Assembly (NCBI GenBank): GCA_017454525.1
Contig: JAFTCT010000034.1
Location: 7,237-71,236 of the forward strand
Source of the DNA: Clostridia bacterium
Lineage (GTDB): Bacteria; Bacillota; Clostridia; Oscillospirales; CAG-272
Reading direction: 5' to 3'
DNA length: 64,000 nt
The notes beneath the pieces were generated by a model. The model was not told the DNA's origin, ran no database searches, and saw only the letters and a program-made list of their open reading frames with translations. The position numbers and the translations under genes were made by a program. Positions 1 to 10,553 of the stretch are shown in pieces. Position 1 is the first letter of the stretch. Each line of letters opens with the position of its first letter.

Positions 1-1647
1 CTCATCATCACCGTGGATAACGGCTGCAAGGCGGTTTCGGAGATCGCCGCCGCCTACGAACTGAATGCGTCGGTCGTGGTGACCGACCATCATGAATGCG
101 GAAAGACGCTTCCCGCGTGCGAAGCGGTCGTCGATCCGATACGCGCCGATTCCGCCTATCCTTTTGCGGGACTGTCAGGCGTCGGAGTCGCTTTCAAATT
201 CGTTTGTGCGCTTGACCGTGAGATAACGGGAACCGATCGCTCAAGGGAGCTGCTTTACGAATACGCCGATCTGATCGCGATCGGAACGATCGCGGACGTT
301 ATGCCTCTGACCGGCGAAAACCGGTTGATCGTTCATACCGGGATCGACGTGATCTCCGCGGGTAAACGCGCCGGTATTTCGGCGCTCTGCGCCGCGATCC
401 GTTCGCCGAAAGAAAAGGGAACGCTGAACGCCTCCGCTGTCGCCTACAGGATCGCGCCGCGCATCAACGCCGCCGGCAGGATGGCGAGCGCCATGATCGC
501 CTATGAACTCATGATCACCTCCGATCGCCGGAGGGCGGAAGAGCTTTGCGGCGAGCTTTGCGCTCTGAACGAACAGCGCCAGACGACCGAGAACAGGATC
601 ATGGAGGAAGCGGAAGAGCTGATGTCATTCCGTCATGACGACCGGTTCATTCTCCTTGCAAAAGAGGGTTGGCACAGAGGCGTTATCGGGATCGCAGCCG
701 CCCGTATCAACGAAAAATACAGGAAGCCGGTGATCATGCTCTCGATAGACGGCGATACGGCGAAGGGATCGGGCAGAAGCGTATCAGGACTTAATCTGGT
801 GGGTATGCTTGACGTCTGCAGCGATCTGATCGAACATTTCGGCGGTCACGAGCAGGCGGCGGGTTTGACCGTGAAAACTTCTTTGATCGACAGTCTGCGC
901 GTTCGTCTGAATGAGCTCACGCCGGATGAGATCGTTATGAATAATCCGGTGTTCGCCGATATAGAACTGATGCCCGAGGAATTGACGGTCGAGCTTGCGC
1001 ATGAATTCTCCCGCCTTTCCCCCTGCGGAAACGGGAATGAGGATCCGGTCGTATTTCTGAGGGAGTTCACAGTATCGGCGGCTTATCCGCTCTCGGAGGG
1101 CAAGCATACGAAACTGATCCTGGAAAAGAACGGAATGCGCTTTGAAGCGCTCTGCTTCGGACGGAGTTTCCGCCTTTTTCCCGCGTATGACGGCGAGTGC
1201 GTCGACGTTACCGGTAATCTTTCGATAAATGAATACAAGAATACCGAATACCTTAAAATCATTGTGAAGGATCTCTTTCTGTCCGAGGCGTCGCTCCGCG
1301 CGAGAGCGCAGAACGTCCGCTTTTTTCACGATCTTCTTGGACGGCGCGCGGCGCTTGCTTCAGCGGATCTTCCGTCGACGGCGGATCTGCGGCGCTTATA
1401 TGTGTTTCTGCGCTCCCTGCGCGACGAAAAGTCATCGAAAGTTCCCGTGGCGCTCGTGATCAGGGCGGTGCCGTTCTACTCCTTTACGAAATGGCTGATT
1501 TCCGCGGATGCGCTCGTCGAAACGGGGCTGCTCGTTTTCCGCGACTGCGCTCCGTGGGACGAAACGATTTCGTTTGATCTTCCGGAGTATTCCGGTAAAA
1601 AGAACATTTCCGAGGCGTCGATATTTCATAAAATCGTTGTTCGCTGA
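1..1647 (+). CDS. recJ: Single-stranded-DNA-specific exonuclease RecJ (5' end lies outside the window)
   Basis: The frame is open from base 1. It has the DHH-family motif 'VVTDHHE', the DHHA1 motif 'GGHEQAAG', and recJ-rel-dtd synteny typical of Firmicutes. Confidence 0.88.
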   Translation, partial: LIITVDNGCKAVSEIAAAYELNASVVVTDHHECGKTLPACEAVVDPIRADSAYPFAGLSGVGVAFKFVCALDREITGTDRSRELLYEYADLIAIGTIADVMPLTGENRLIVHTGIDVISAGKRAGISALCAAIRSPKEKGTLNASAVAYRIAPRINAAGRMASAMIAYELMITSDRRRAEELCGELCALNEQRQTTENRIMEEAEELMSFRHDDRFILLAKEGWHRGVIGIAAARINEKYRKPVIMLSIDGDTAKGSGRSVSGLNLVGMLDVCSDLIEHFGGHEQAAGLTVKTSLIDSLRVRLNELTPDEIVMNNPVFADIELMPEELTVELAHEFSRLSPCGNGNEDPVVFLREFTVSAAYPLSEGKHTKLILEKNGMRFEALCFGRSFRLFPAYDGECVDVTGNLSINEYKNTEYLKIIVKDLFLSEASLRARAQNVRFFHDLLGRRAALASADLPSTADLRRLYVFLRSLRDEKSSKVPVALVIRAVPFYSFTKWLISADALVETGLLVFRDCAPWDETISFDLPEYSGKKNISEASIFHKIVVR

Positions 1648-1677
1648 TCATTGTTACAGTACAAAAGGAAGGCATAT

Positions 1678-3876
1678 ATGCAGGAAAACGACATATTGTC
1701 CGGTCTGATGCTGATCCTGAAGGATTCGGGCAAAAAATACGATACGGAAAAGATACGAAGCGCATTCGATTATGCCGCCGAATTACACGAGGGTCAGTAC
1801 CGCGTCAGCGGAGAACCGTATATTTCGCACCCCGTCGCCGTCGCGGAGATCGTTGCGGGACTGGGGCTCGATACCGATTCCATTTGCGCCGCGCTGCTTC
1901 ATGACACGGTGGAGGACTGCGGAGAAAAAGTATCGTCGGAACTGATAAGACAGAAATTCGGACCGACGGTCGCAATGCTCGTCGACGGGCTGACGAAACT
2001 GACGCAGATCCCATTTGCGGACAAGGAAGAGCAGGAGATCGAGAATCTGCGCAAGATGTTCTTGGCAATGTCCAAGGACGTCCGCGTGATCTTCATCAAA
2101 CTCTGCGACCGCCTCCACAATATGCGGACGCTCTATGCGAAGCCCGAGAACAAACGCAGGATCACGGCGCTCGAGACCATGCAGGTCTACGCGCCGCTCG
2201 CGCACCGTCTCGGTATGCAGAAGATCAAGCAGGAACTTGAGAACCTTTCGCTGTCTTATCTTGATCCGATCGGCTATAACGAAGTCAAGAACGATATAGA
2301 GCGGCGCTACGGTCAGAATATCAATTTCCTGTCGAAGGCAACGGAACAGATCCGCGATAAACTGAACGACCTGAATTTCGATTTCTTCATGGAGGGGCGC
2401 GTCAAGTCGGTGTACAGCATCTATAAAAAGATGTACGAACACGGAAAAAGTTTTGACGAGATCTACGATTTCTACGCGCTGCGCATCATCACGGATACGG
2501 AACTCGACTGCTATACCATTCTGGGGATCATCCATGATATGTTCAAGTCGATCCCCGGCAGATTCAAGGATTATATTTCAACGCCGAAGCCCAATATGTA
2601 CCGGTCGCTGCATACGACGGTCATCGGCAGGGACGGCATTCCTTTTGAGGTCCAGATCCGTACGCGGGAAATGCATCAGATCGCCGAGTACGGTATCGCC
2701 GCGCACTGGAAATACAAGAGCGGCAGCAAGGAGTCCAAAGAGGATATCGACAAGAAACTCGAATGGATCTCCAAGATCGTCGAGGGCGACGAGTACGTGA
2801 AGGATCCCGACGAGTTCCTGCGTTCACTGAAGATCGATCTCTTTCAGGACGATATTTTCGTGTTTACGCCCAAGGGCGACGTCATCACGCTGCCGGTGGG
2901 CTCCGTGATCATCGACTTCGCGTACGCGATCCATTCCGCCGTCGGAAACAAGATGGTCGGCGCGAAGATCAACGGCGCCATAGCGCCGATCGACACCGAA
3001 CTGGAGAACGGCGAGATCGTCGAGATCATCACCTCCGGTTCGTCAAAGGGTCCGAGCCGCGACTGGCTGAAGATCGTCAAGACCGCCGAGGCGCGCAATA
3101 AGATCCGGCAATGGTATAAAAAAGAGAAAAGACCGGAGAATATCGCGGTAGGAAAGAGCGAGGTCGACAAGGAATTCAAGAGATACGGCAAGAGCTGTCC
3201 CGAGAGCGTCAAGGAGGAAATCGTATCGAACGTCAGCAGCCGTATCGGCTTTCAGACGGTCGACGATCTGTACGCCATGATCGGCTACGGCGGTCTGACC
3301 GTGTCGAAAATATCGATCAAACTCCACGACGAGTACGAGCGCCTCATGGCGCAGGGAACGGTCGTTCCCGTGACGGCGGAGGATATAGCTCTCAAGCCGC
3401 GCAAACACAAGACCGGCGGCGTGATCGTCGACGGAAACGACGGGTGCGTCGTGAAGTTTGCCCGCTGCTGCAATCCGCTGCCGGGCGACAAGATCATCGG
3501 CTTCATCACGAAAGGCTACGGGATCTCCATTCACAAGCGCGACTGTCCGAACGTACAGATCGGGATGTCCGACGCCGAGACGTCCGGCAGGTTTGTGACG
3601 GCGCACTGGGAAGACAATCCCGTGTCGGTGACCGGTACCTTTGAAGCGTACCTTCAGGTTTTTGCGGAAAACAGAATGACGCTGATCGCGGATCTGACGT
3701 CGGCGCTTGCCGAAATGCGCGTTTCGCTTCATCAGATTTCCACACAGAGCAAGGGGCAGGACGATATTCAGGTGAATATGATCGTCGGCTGCAAAGATAT
3801 CTCGCATTTTGAATCGATCCTTTCGCGGCTGCGTTCGGTAAACAGCGTCTACTCGGTGGTGCGCGGTTTTTCGTGA
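1678..3876 (+). CDS. rel: Bifunctional (p)ppGpp synthetase/hydrolase Rel (RelA/SpoT family)
   Basis: It has the HD hydrolase motif 'HDTVEDC', a RelA/SpoT synthetase core ('YRSLHTTV', 'EVQIRT..MH'), and TGS and C-terminal ACT-like regions. The ATG at 1678 lies 6 nt after AAGGAAGG; the track start at 1651 is a TTG. Confidence 0.93.
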   Translation: MQENDILSGLMLILKDSGKKYDTEKIRSAFDYAAELHEGQYRVSGEPYISHPVAVAEIVAGLGLDTDSICAALLHDTVEDCGEKVSSELIRQKFGPTVAMLVDGLTKLTQIPFADKEEQEIENLRKMFLAMSKDVRVIFIKLCDRLHNMRTLYAKPENKRRITALETMQVYAPLAHRLGMQKIKQELENLSLSYLDPIGYNEVKNDIERRYGQNINFLSKATEQIRDKLNDLNFDFFMEGRVKSVYSIYKKMYEHGKSFDEIYDFYALRIITDTELDCYTILGIIHDMFKSIPGRFKDYISTPKPNMYRSLHTTVIGRDGIPFEVQIRTREMHQIAEYGIAAHWKYKSGSKESKEDIDKKLEWISKIVEGDEYVKDPDEFLRSLKIDLFQDDIFVFTPKGDVITLPVGSVIIDFAYAIHSAVGNKMVGAKINGAIAPIDTELENGEIVEIITSGSSKGPSRDWLKIVKTAEARNKIRQWYKKEKRPENIAVGKSEVDKEFKRYGKSCPESVKEEIVSNVSSRIGFQTVDDLYAMIGYGGLTVSKISIKLHDEYERLMAQGTVVPVTAEDIALKPRKHKTGGVIVDGNDGCVVKFARCCNPLPGDKIIGFITKGYGISIHKRDCPNVQIGMSDAETSGRFVTAHWEDNPVSVTGTFEAYLQVFAENRMTLIADLTSALAEMRVSLHQISTQSKGQDDIQVNMIVGCKDISHFESILSRLRSVNSVYSVVRGFS

Positions 3877-3927
3877 GAAATGTCGAATATATTTGAAAAT
3901 CTTATTGAGTAACGGAGTACGGAAGGT

Positions 3928-4410
3928 ATGCAGGCGGTATTGCAAAGAGTAAAGCGCGCCGAGGTCTCGGTCGCGGGCGAAGTGAAAGGGAAGTGTGCGA
4001 AGGGCTTTTTCATCCTGCTCGGCGTTTTTCAGGGCGATGGCAGGACCGACGCCGAACTTTTGGCGCAGAAGATCTCAAAACTGCGCGTTTTTGAGGATGA
4101 AAACGGCAAGATGAACCGTTCGATCAACGACGTCGGCGGAAGCGCGCTCGTCATATCGCAGTTCACGCTCTGCGCGAATTACGAACACGGAAACCGACCT
4201 GATTTCTTTGCCGCCGCGCATCCGGACGAAGCGAAAGCGTTGTATGAATATTTTTCGGAATGCCTGCGTAGTCTGGTAGAGCACGGAGCGGAAAACGGCG
4301 TTTTCGGGGCGGATATGCAGATAGACGCCGTGTGCGACGGTCCGGTCACGATCGTGATGGACAGCGGGAAACTCAAAAAGAACAGGCAGAATCCGTCTGC
4401 CGACCAATGA
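3928..4410 (+). CDS. dtd: D-aminoacyl-tRNA deacylase
   Basis: It has 'MQAVLQRV..A.V.V', 'SQFTL' and 'GPVT' motifs, is about 150 aa long, and sits downstream of rel. Confidence 0.9.
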   Translation: MQAVLQRVKRAEVSVAGEVKGKCAKGFFILLGVFQGDGRTDAELLAQKISKLRVFEDENGKMNRSINDVGGSALVISQFTLCANYEHGNRPDFFAAAHPDEAKALYEYFSECLRSLVEHGAENGVFGADMQIDAVCDGPVTIVMDSGKLKKNRQNPSADQ

Positions 4411-4423
4411 AAAGGAATTACAA

Positions 4424-5893
4424 ATGAAACTGACCGTTAACGGAGAGATCAATATCAGTTATGTGCAAAACCTCTGTCTGACCTTTTTCCCCGGGGCGAA
4501 GTTCGCGCAGGACGAACAGGAGAGCGATGAAACGCCGCACGCCTGCGTGGATCTTGAGCGCACGGAGGGCGGGTATTCCGCCAGGGTCGCGCTCTGCGTC
4601 GAGGAGCGCCGGGTGGAGAGCCGGGCATTCGTCGCCGATAATCCGCTGTACAGCGATCACAGCATCGCGCAGATGGCGGTGGGAAAGGCGTTTTACGACG
4701 CCGGAAGCAGGCTGATCAAATACGATCCGCCCTGGGGGATCCTTGTCGGGATCAGACCGGCGAAGATCGCTTCGCGGCTTTATGATCGCCTCGGCACGAA
4801 ACTTGCCGTGCGGAAAGCGCTGACGTCCGACTATCTGCTCAGCCCCAAAAAGGCGCAGCTGATCACCAACGTTGCCCTGACCGAGCGCAAAATACTGCAG
4901 GCGTACCCGAAGGATACCTGCAGTCTCTACATCTCCATTCCGTTCTGTCCTACGCGCTGCGCCTACTGTTCCTTCATCTCCTATGCCACGCCGCGCCTCC
5001 TGTCGCTGATACCGCAGTATCTTGAGAGACTGAAGCGCGATATCGCGCGTACCGTCGATATCATCAGACAGCGCGGGCAGCATATCGTGACGATCTATAT
5101 CGGCGGCGGAACGCCCACGACGCTGGATCCTGAACAGTTGCGGGATCTTCTGTCCTTCATTTCCGAAACCGTGGATATGTCCCGCGTGACAGAATACACG
5201 CTCGAGGCGGGAAGACCGGATACCGTTACGCCGGAGAAACTGGCGTCTGCCTGTGAATACGGCGTGACGCGCGTTTCGATCAACCCGCAGACGCTCAACG
5301 ATGAAATCCTTGCCGGTATCGGCAGAAAGCATACTTCAGACGATTTTTTCAGAGCGTACTATCAGGCGCGTCAATCGGGCGTCAAGGCGATCAATACCGA
5401 TATTATCGCCGGGCTTCCGGGAGACAATTTCGTCAGTTTCTCAAAAACGGTGGATCAGATCAGCGAACTGATGCCTGAGAATATCACGGTCCATACCTTC
5501 TTTGTAAAGAAGGCGTCCGATATTCTCCACAGCGGCGTGAACGTGTATGCGCGCAACTATGCAGAGGCCGTGAAGTGCGTCGACTATGCGCAGCTCGTCG
5601 CCACCGGGAAGAAATATCATCCTTACTATTTATACAGGCAGAAGAATACCGTGGGTAATCTTGAGAACGTCGGCTTTTCCCTCGAGGGATACGACGGGAT
5701 CTATAACTGCCTCATTATGGCGGAAGAGCAGAATATCTATGCCTGCGGGGCGGGCGCGGTGACCAAACTCGTTTCCGAAAGCGGGGTCATCAAGCGCTTC
5801 TGCGCGCCGAAATACCCCTATGAGTACCTTGATATGGAAAAGAACGGGAATGAAGCGGAGATCCTTTTCGAGAAGATCCTGACATTCCGTTGA
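4424..5893 (+). CDS. HemZ-like radical SAM coproporphyrinogen dehydrogenase family protein
   Basis: It has the radical-SAM cluster motif 'CPTRCAYCSF' and a HemN/HemZ-like core ('IYIGGGTPT'), is 489 aa, and has a HemZ-type N-terminal extension. Confidence 0.72.
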   Translation: MKLTVNGEINISYVQNLCLTFFPGAKFAQDEQESDETPHACVDLERTEGGYSARVALCVEERRVESRAFVADNPLYSDHSIAQMAVGKAFYDAGSRLIKYDPPWGILVGIRPAKIASRLYDRLGTKLAVRKALTSDYLLSPKKAQLITNVALTERKILQAYPKDTCSLYISIPFCPTRCAYCSFISYATPRLLSLIPQYLERLKRDIARTVDIIRQRGQHIVTIYIGGGTPTTLDPEQLRDLLSFISETVDMSRVTEYTLEAGRPDTVTPEKLASACEYGVTRVSINPQTLNDEILAGIGRKHTSDDFFRAYYQARQSGVKAINTDIIAGLPGDNFVSFSKTVDQISELMPENITVHTFFVKKASDILHSGVNVYARNYAEAVKCVDYAQLVATGKKYHPYYLYRQKNTVGNLENVGFSLEGYDGIYNCLIMAEEQNIYACGAGAVTKLVSESGVIKRFCAPKYPYEYLDMEKNGNEAEILFEKILTFR

Positions 5894-5989
5894 GAAGCCG
5901 ATCGTTCCGGACGTTTATCGATCCTTTTTCGGATCGCATTCGGCGCGTCCGGAGACTGCGCCTGTTTCGGAAGCGAGGCGCTGCGTACG

Positions 5990-7606
5990 GTGAAAAACAG
6001 AGAATCCTTCATGAGCGGAGTGATGATGCTCTCATTTGCGGCGCTCACCGCAAAAGTCTGCGGCGTGATCTTCAAGATCCCGCTGTACGCCGTGATCAAG
6101 GATGAAGGGATGGGGTATTTCAACTCCGCTTACGTGATCTATACGTTCTTTTACGTATTCACGACTTCCGGACTTCCCGTCGGTCTTTCGCTTCTTGTGT
6201 CCGACGCTAGGACTTTTGAAGAAAAGAACGCGTGGAGAAACAGGGCGCTTTTCTGCTTCGGCATTCCCGGCCTGGCAGTCTGCCTCCTGATGATGCTGTT
6301 TCCCGGTTTTTTTGCAGGGGCGATCGGAAATCCGGGGGCGGAAAAATCGATCTTTGTCATGGGTCCCGCGCTCCTTTTCGTCTGTCTTGAGGGCGTTTTC
6401 CGCGGCTATTTCCAGGGGAAGAAGAATATGCTTCCCACCGCGGTATCGCAGATCATCGAATCGGTTTTCAAGGCAGGGCTCGGCATCCTTGCGGCAACTC
6501 TGGCGGTCCGGAGCGGCTGCGGTCCCGATGCCGCCGCGGCATGGGCATTGACGGGCATTACCGTCGGCGGTTTTTTCGGACTTGTATACCTGTTCATTCA
6601 CTGTCTTTCCGATGAAAAAAAAGAGCGGGACTTCCGGTGTGCGGCGTTGGACCGCAGCGTTTCCGCAAGACGTCTTCTATCCGTGGTGTTTCCGATCAGT
6701 CTGGCGTCCGTTGTACTGAGTATTTCGTCGGTGATCGATCTTTCCGTGATCATGCACCGTTTGTACGCCGCCGGTTATTCGCTGAAAAGCGCGAATGCGG
6801 CGTACGGGAATTACAGCGGTCTGGCGCTCCCGTTTTTCACGCTGCCCGCCGCATTTGCCGCTCCGATCGCGAGCGCGCTCGTTCCGCATCTCAAGAGTGT
6901 CAACAGAGACCGCGACCCTCTCGCCGCGCTTCGTATGAGCGAGGCCGCCGTCAGACTGACGGTGATCGTTTCACTGCCTTTTACGGTCGGCTACGGACTG
7001 CTTTCCGGGAAGATCCTTGCGCTCTTCTTCGACGCGGGCGCCGCGGCGCAGGCGGCGCCGCTGCTGACGCTGCTCGCGCCCTCCGTGGTATTCGTCTCGT
7101 TCACGACGGTCAGCGCGTCCTGTCTGCAGGCGTCCGGTCACGGCGTATCTCCCGTTGTTTCGCTGCTTTGCGGCGCTGCCGCCAAAGTCATTATCTGCTA
7201 TTTTCTGATCGCGCGGATCGCCATCAACGGCGCGCCGGTCGGAACGTTCGTCTGCAGTCTGGTCAGCGCCGGCATGAACGCGGCGTTCCTTTACCGGTAC
7301 GGGCTTTTGCGCATTTCCGTGAAAAAAACGCTTGTGTTTCCGCTTCTCTCCGCGCTGCTCTGCGCTCTTTCGGTGAAAGCCGTTACGGTATTGACCGCCG
7401 GATTGCCGTCGCCGCTCTGCGTTGCGATCGCGATCGTCTGCGCGGCTGTCGTCTATGCCGGAGGGATCGCCGTATCGGGATGCATAGACGACTGTACGGT
7501 CATGCTGATCCCGTCGCTTGCGAAGGTTTCGGCGTATATCAATAAAAGGAAGTTCTGCTATGACAGAAAAAGGAAAAAAACTGATCAAGGATCATTACGG
7601 TTTTGA
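5990..7606 (+). CDS. MOP-superfamily polysaccharide/lipid II flippase-like membrane protein (SpoVB/YabM-like)
   Basis: It is a polytopic membrane protein with roughly 14 TM segments and sits upstream of mazG-yabO-yabP-yabQ-divIC, as B. subtilis yabM does. The start is uncertain (GTG 5990 or ATG 6011). Confidence 0.68.
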   Translation: MKNRESFMSGVMMLSFAALTAKVCGVIFKIPLYAVIKDEGMGYFNSAYVIYTFFYVFTTSGLPVGLSLLVSDARTFEEKNAWRNRALFCFGIPGLAVCLLMMLFPGFFAGAIGNPGAEKSIFVMGPALLFVCLEGVFRGYFQGKKNMLPTAVSQIIESVFKAGLGILAATLAVRSGCGPDAAAAWALTGITVGGFFGLVYLFIHCLSDEKKERDFRCAALDRSVSARRLLSVVFPISLASVVLSISSVIDLSVIMHRLYAAGYSLKSANAAYGNYSGLALPFFTLPAAFAAPIASALVPHLKSVNRDRDPLAALRMSEAAVRLTVIVSLPFTVGYGLLSGKILALFFDAGAAAQAAPLLTLLAPSVVFVSFTTVSASCLQASGHGVSPVVSLLCGAAAKVIICYFLIARIAINGAPVGTFVCSLVSAGMNAAFLYRYGLLRISVKKTLVFPLLSALLCALSVKAVTVLTAGLPSPLCVAIAIVCAAVVYAGGIAVSGCIDDCTVMLIPSLAKVSAYINKRKFCYDRKRKKTDQGSLRF

Positions 7607-8207
7607 GGATCTGATCGCGATCATGACGTATCTCCGGTCGGATGAAGGATGTCCCTGGGACAGAGCGCAGACGCACTCTTCGATCAGGAAGAATCTCATT
7701 GAAGAATGCTATGAGGCGGCGGAGGGCATCGACGCAAACGACCCGCACCTGATGTGCGAGGAGTTCGGAGATATTCTTTTGCAAGTCGTTTTCCATGCGC
7801 AGATCGCGCGTGAGAACGGGGAATTCTCCATTGACGACGTGATCAACGCCGTCTCAAGAAAGCTGATCTGCCGGCATCCGCATATTTTTTCCGATCAGTA
7901 TGCGTCCGATCCCGCGACCGCGCTTGACCGCTGGGAAGAGATCAAGAAGAGGGAAAAGAAGGACGACACACTCTATAAAACCATGGATCGCGTTGCAAGA
8001 ACGCTTCCTTCGCTCATGCGCACGCAAAAACTGTTGAAAAAGGCGGAGAAGGGCGGCTTTCCCGCGGGCGGACAGGCAGTGTCCCCCGACGTTCTCAAGG
8101 ACCGCTATATGCGGCTTTGCGCAGACGCGAACGCCTCCGGCGTCGACCTGGAAGAACTCGGATACCGTGCAAATGAAGAATTCCTTGAAAAATTCAATGA
8201 TCACTGA
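7560..8207 (+). CDS. mazG: MazG nucleoside triphosphate pyrophosphohydrolase
   Basis: It has MazG motifs 'CPWDR.QTH.S', 'EE.YE' and 'EE.GD.LLQVVF'. AAGGAAG lies 8 nt upstream of the ATG at 7560, and the gene overlaps the flippase 3' end by 47 nt. Confidence 0.85.
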   Translation: MTEKGKKLIKDHYGFEDLIAIMTYLRSDEGCPWDRAQTHSSIRKNLIEECYEAAEGIDANDPHLMCEEFGDILLQVVFHAQIARENGEFSIDDVINAVSRKLICRHPHIFSDQYASDPATALDRWEEIKKREKKDDTLYKTMDRVARTLPSLMRTQKLLKKAEKGGFPAGGQAVSPDVLKDRYMRLCADANASGVDLEELGYRANEEFLEKFNDH

Positions 8208-8221
8208 TCGCGGAGAAAAAA

Positions 8222-8464
8222 ATGAGGATCGATAAGTTTTTGAAAGTGTCCAGGATCATCAAGCGCCGTACGGTCGCAAACGACGCGTGCGACGCGGCGC
8301 ACGTCAGCGTGAACGGAAAACCCGTCAAAGCGTCCTACGACGTGAAGATCGGGGACAGGATCACGGTAACGTTCGGTACGAAAACGCTGACGGTCGAGGT
8401 GCTCGCGGTCAGGGATCACGTGCTGAAGGACGCCGCGGGGGAACTGTACAGAGTGATCGACTGA
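8222..8464 (+). CDS. yabO: S4-domain RNA-binding protein (YabO/Hsp15-like)
   Basis: It has an S4 fold signature ('MRIDKFLK.SR..KRR..A') and is 80 aa. Its position matches B. subtilis yabO. Confidence 0.8.
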   Translation: MRIDKFLKVSRIIKRRTVANDACDAAHVSVNGKPVKASYDVKIGDRITVTFGTKTLTVEVLAVRDHVLKDAAGELYRVID

Positions 8465-8525
8465 CGTTCATATTTCGTTTGTTTCCGGCATATTTTAATA
8501 GAAAAAGATGACCGGAGGGAAATAA

Positions 8526-8798
8526 ATGGACACAAACGAACAGCGCCCGTCAAAGATCACGCTCGTTTCCAGAAAGGAACTGACGCTTGAGGGCGTTACG
8601 GATATTCTGTTTTTCGACGACGCGCAGCTTACCGTGGACACTTCACAGGGAATACTGACCGTAGAGGGCGCGGATCTTCACATCGGGGAACTGTCGCTCG
8701 ACAACGGAACGCTTCTTGTTTCCGGGACGGTCGACGCGCTCTGCTATACGTCCGACAAAGAGAAAAAGAAGCGCTCGCTCTTCGGGAGAAAGGCGTAG
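8526..8798 (+). CDS. yabP: Sporulation protein YabP
   Basis: It is 90 aa with a YabP-like core ('L.L.GV.....FDD..L.V.T..G.L.V.G..L.I..L') and keeps the synteny. Confidence 0.8.
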   Translation: MDTNEQRPSKITLVSRKELTLEGVTDILFFDDAQLTVDTSQGILTVEGADLHIGELSLDNGTLLVSGTVDALCYTSDKEKKKRSLFGRKA

Positions 8799-9307
8799 TG
8801 TTCGTTGTTGAAAGGGAAGAACTGCTCCGGTTCTTCTTTCGGAGTTTCCTTTTGGGCGCGCTTTACGCTTGCGCGTATCTTATTGCGGGCTTCGTCCGGA
8901 AGGTTTTCGGAAGGATGCGCTCGGTAAAACTGCGTGCGGTACTTCTGTTTGTTTTCGATTTTGCGCTTTGTCTTACCGCCGCGTTTTTCGACGCTCTACT
9001 CGTCTTTGCCGCGAACAGGGGACAGCTGCGCATATTCGCGCTGATCATGCAGATCGGCGGCTTTGCGCTTTTGTATCTTCCGCTGCGCCGGTACGTGTAC
9101 GCGGCGCAGGAGAAACTCATCTCCGGAATATATGACGTCATATTCGCGCCGATCGTCCGTCGGTGCGAAAGAATAAGAAACAAGCGGATGCGGAAAAAGG
9201 AAAAGAGAGCGGAGAAGCGTTTTGACAGAAACGCCGACCGCCTGCTGATAAAGAAAATGAAGAACGCCTCCGACGAGATCTTCGGCGACGTTTTCGGAAA
9301 ACGGTGA
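8798..9307 (+). CDS. yabQ: Spore cortex biosynthesis protein YabQ-like membrane protein
   Basis: It has several TM segments followed by a basic tail. Its GTG start overlaps the yabP stop, and it sits between yabP and divIC. Confidence 0.55.
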   Translation: MFVVEREELLRFFFRSFLLGALYACAYLIAGFVRKVFGRMRSVKLRAVLLFVFDFALCLTAAFFDALLVFAANRGQLRIFALIMQIGGFALLYLPLRRYVYAAQEKLISGIYDVIFAPIVRRCERIRNKRMRKKEKRAEKRFDRNADRLLIKKMKNASDEIFGDVFGKR

Positions 9308-9340
9308 TCTGAAGGATCAGAAAAAGGAAGGAACCGGATC

Positions 9341-9622
9341 ATGAAAAGCGACACCAATCTCCTTATAAGAGTCGCAGCCGCGCTGTTTATCGTGCTGTGT
9401 CTCGTGACGATCATCGAACTTCAGGTGCGCATGAACAATCTCAACGCCGAAAAGGAAAAACTGGAACGGCAGTTGACCGATCTGCGCGAGGACATTGCCG
9501 AACTTGAATACAGGATCGCGCTTCCTTACGACGACAATTACGCCGCAAAGGCGGCGAGAGATATCCTCGGATATCATTTTCCGGACGAACTGCTGTTCAT
9601 CAACGATATGTACGAGGAATGA
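9341..9622 (+). CDS. divIC: Septum formation initiator family protein (DivIC/FtsB-like)
   Basis: It has an N-terminal TM followed by a coiled coil ('LNAEKEKLERQLTDLREDIAELE'), is 93 aa, and keeps the synteny. Confidence 0.68.
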   Translation: MKSDTNLLIRVAAALFIVLCLVTIIELQVRMNNLNAEKEKLERQLTDLREDIAELEYRIALPYDDNYAAKAARDILGYHFPDELLFINDMYEE

Positions 9623-9647
9623 CTGAAAGCGGGAGCCGGGAGCAGAT

Positions 9648-10553
9648 ATGCGATTTGTGATCGGAGAGGAATGGGACGGAAAGCCGCTGAAGAAATACCT
9701 GTCCGGGGGTCTGAGACTCTCCCGCGCGCAGACGGTAGAACTCAAGAAAGAGGAAAACGGCATACTGCTCGACGGGGCGCCCGTTTACGTATCGGCGATC
9801 CTTCACGCCGGTCAGACGCTTGAACTGGCGCTTGAGGACAGGGAGTCGGCGCAGGGGATCGTTCCCACTGAAATGCCGCTGGAGATCCTATTTGAGGACG
9901 AGTATCTCGTCGCCGCGGCGAAGCCGCCGTTTATGCCGACACATCCGTCGCTGAATCACTACGCCGATACTCTTGCGAACGCCCTTGCGTATCATTATAA
10001 GAGCGAAAACAGACCCTTCGTTTTTCGCGCCGTCAACCGGCTTGACCGCGATACGAGCGGCATCGTGCTCGCGGCAAAGGACAAGCACACCTCATTTCTG
10101 ATGTCAAAGATGATCGCGCGCCGCCTTGTGGACAAGCGGTATGCGGCGCTGCTCGACGGGATCCTTGAGGACGATCACGGCTTTATTGAGAAAAACGTCG
10201 TGCGCGCTTCGGACAGTATCATGCTCAGAAGAACGGACGAGACGCTCGGCGCCTATGCCCTGACCGAATACAGCGTTCTCGGAAGGTCGTGCGGACACAC
10301 GCTCGTCAGCGCGATCCCGCACACCGGCAGGACGCATCAACTGCGCGTTCATTTTTCCTCGATCGGACATCCGGTCACCGGAGACACGATGTACGGAGAA
10401 GCGTCGGCGTTCATCGGCAGACAGGCGCTTCATGCATACCTGTTGATCTTCGATCATCCTGTCAGCGGCGAAAGGACCGTTATTCGCGCGCCCCTTCCGG
10501 ATGACTTCAAATCTCTGCTAAAGGAGTACGGTTTTGAAAAAGTGGTTTTGTAA
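9648..10553 (+). CDS. RluA-family 23S rRNA/tRNA pseudouridine synthase
   Basis: It has the catalytic motif 'RLDRDTSG', the 'HTGRTHQLRVH' motif and an N-terminal S4-like segment. Confidence 0.88.
   Translation: MRFVIGEEWDGKPLKKYLSGGLRLSRAQTVELKKEENGILLDGAPVYVSAILHAGQTLELALEDRESAQGIVPTEMPLEILFEDEYLVAAAKPPFMPTHPSLNHYADTLANALAYHYKSENRPFVFRAVNRLDRDTSGIVLAAKDKHTSFLMSKMIARRLVDKRYAALLDGILEDDHGFIEKNVVRASDSIMLRRTDETLGAYALTEYSVLGRSCGHTLVSAIPHTGRTHQLRVHFSSIGHPVTGDTMYGEASAFIGRQALHAYLLIFDHPVSGERTVIRAPLPDDFKSLLKEYGFEKVVL

Noticed and set aside
7560-7606. The 47-nt overlap between the flippase 3' end and mazG as a possible frameshift or fusion
   Set aside because: mazG has a good RBS (AAGGAAG) and a natural N-terminus at 7560. 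The flippase tail is a plausible basic cytoplasmic extension. No slippery sequence or disrupted motif is present.
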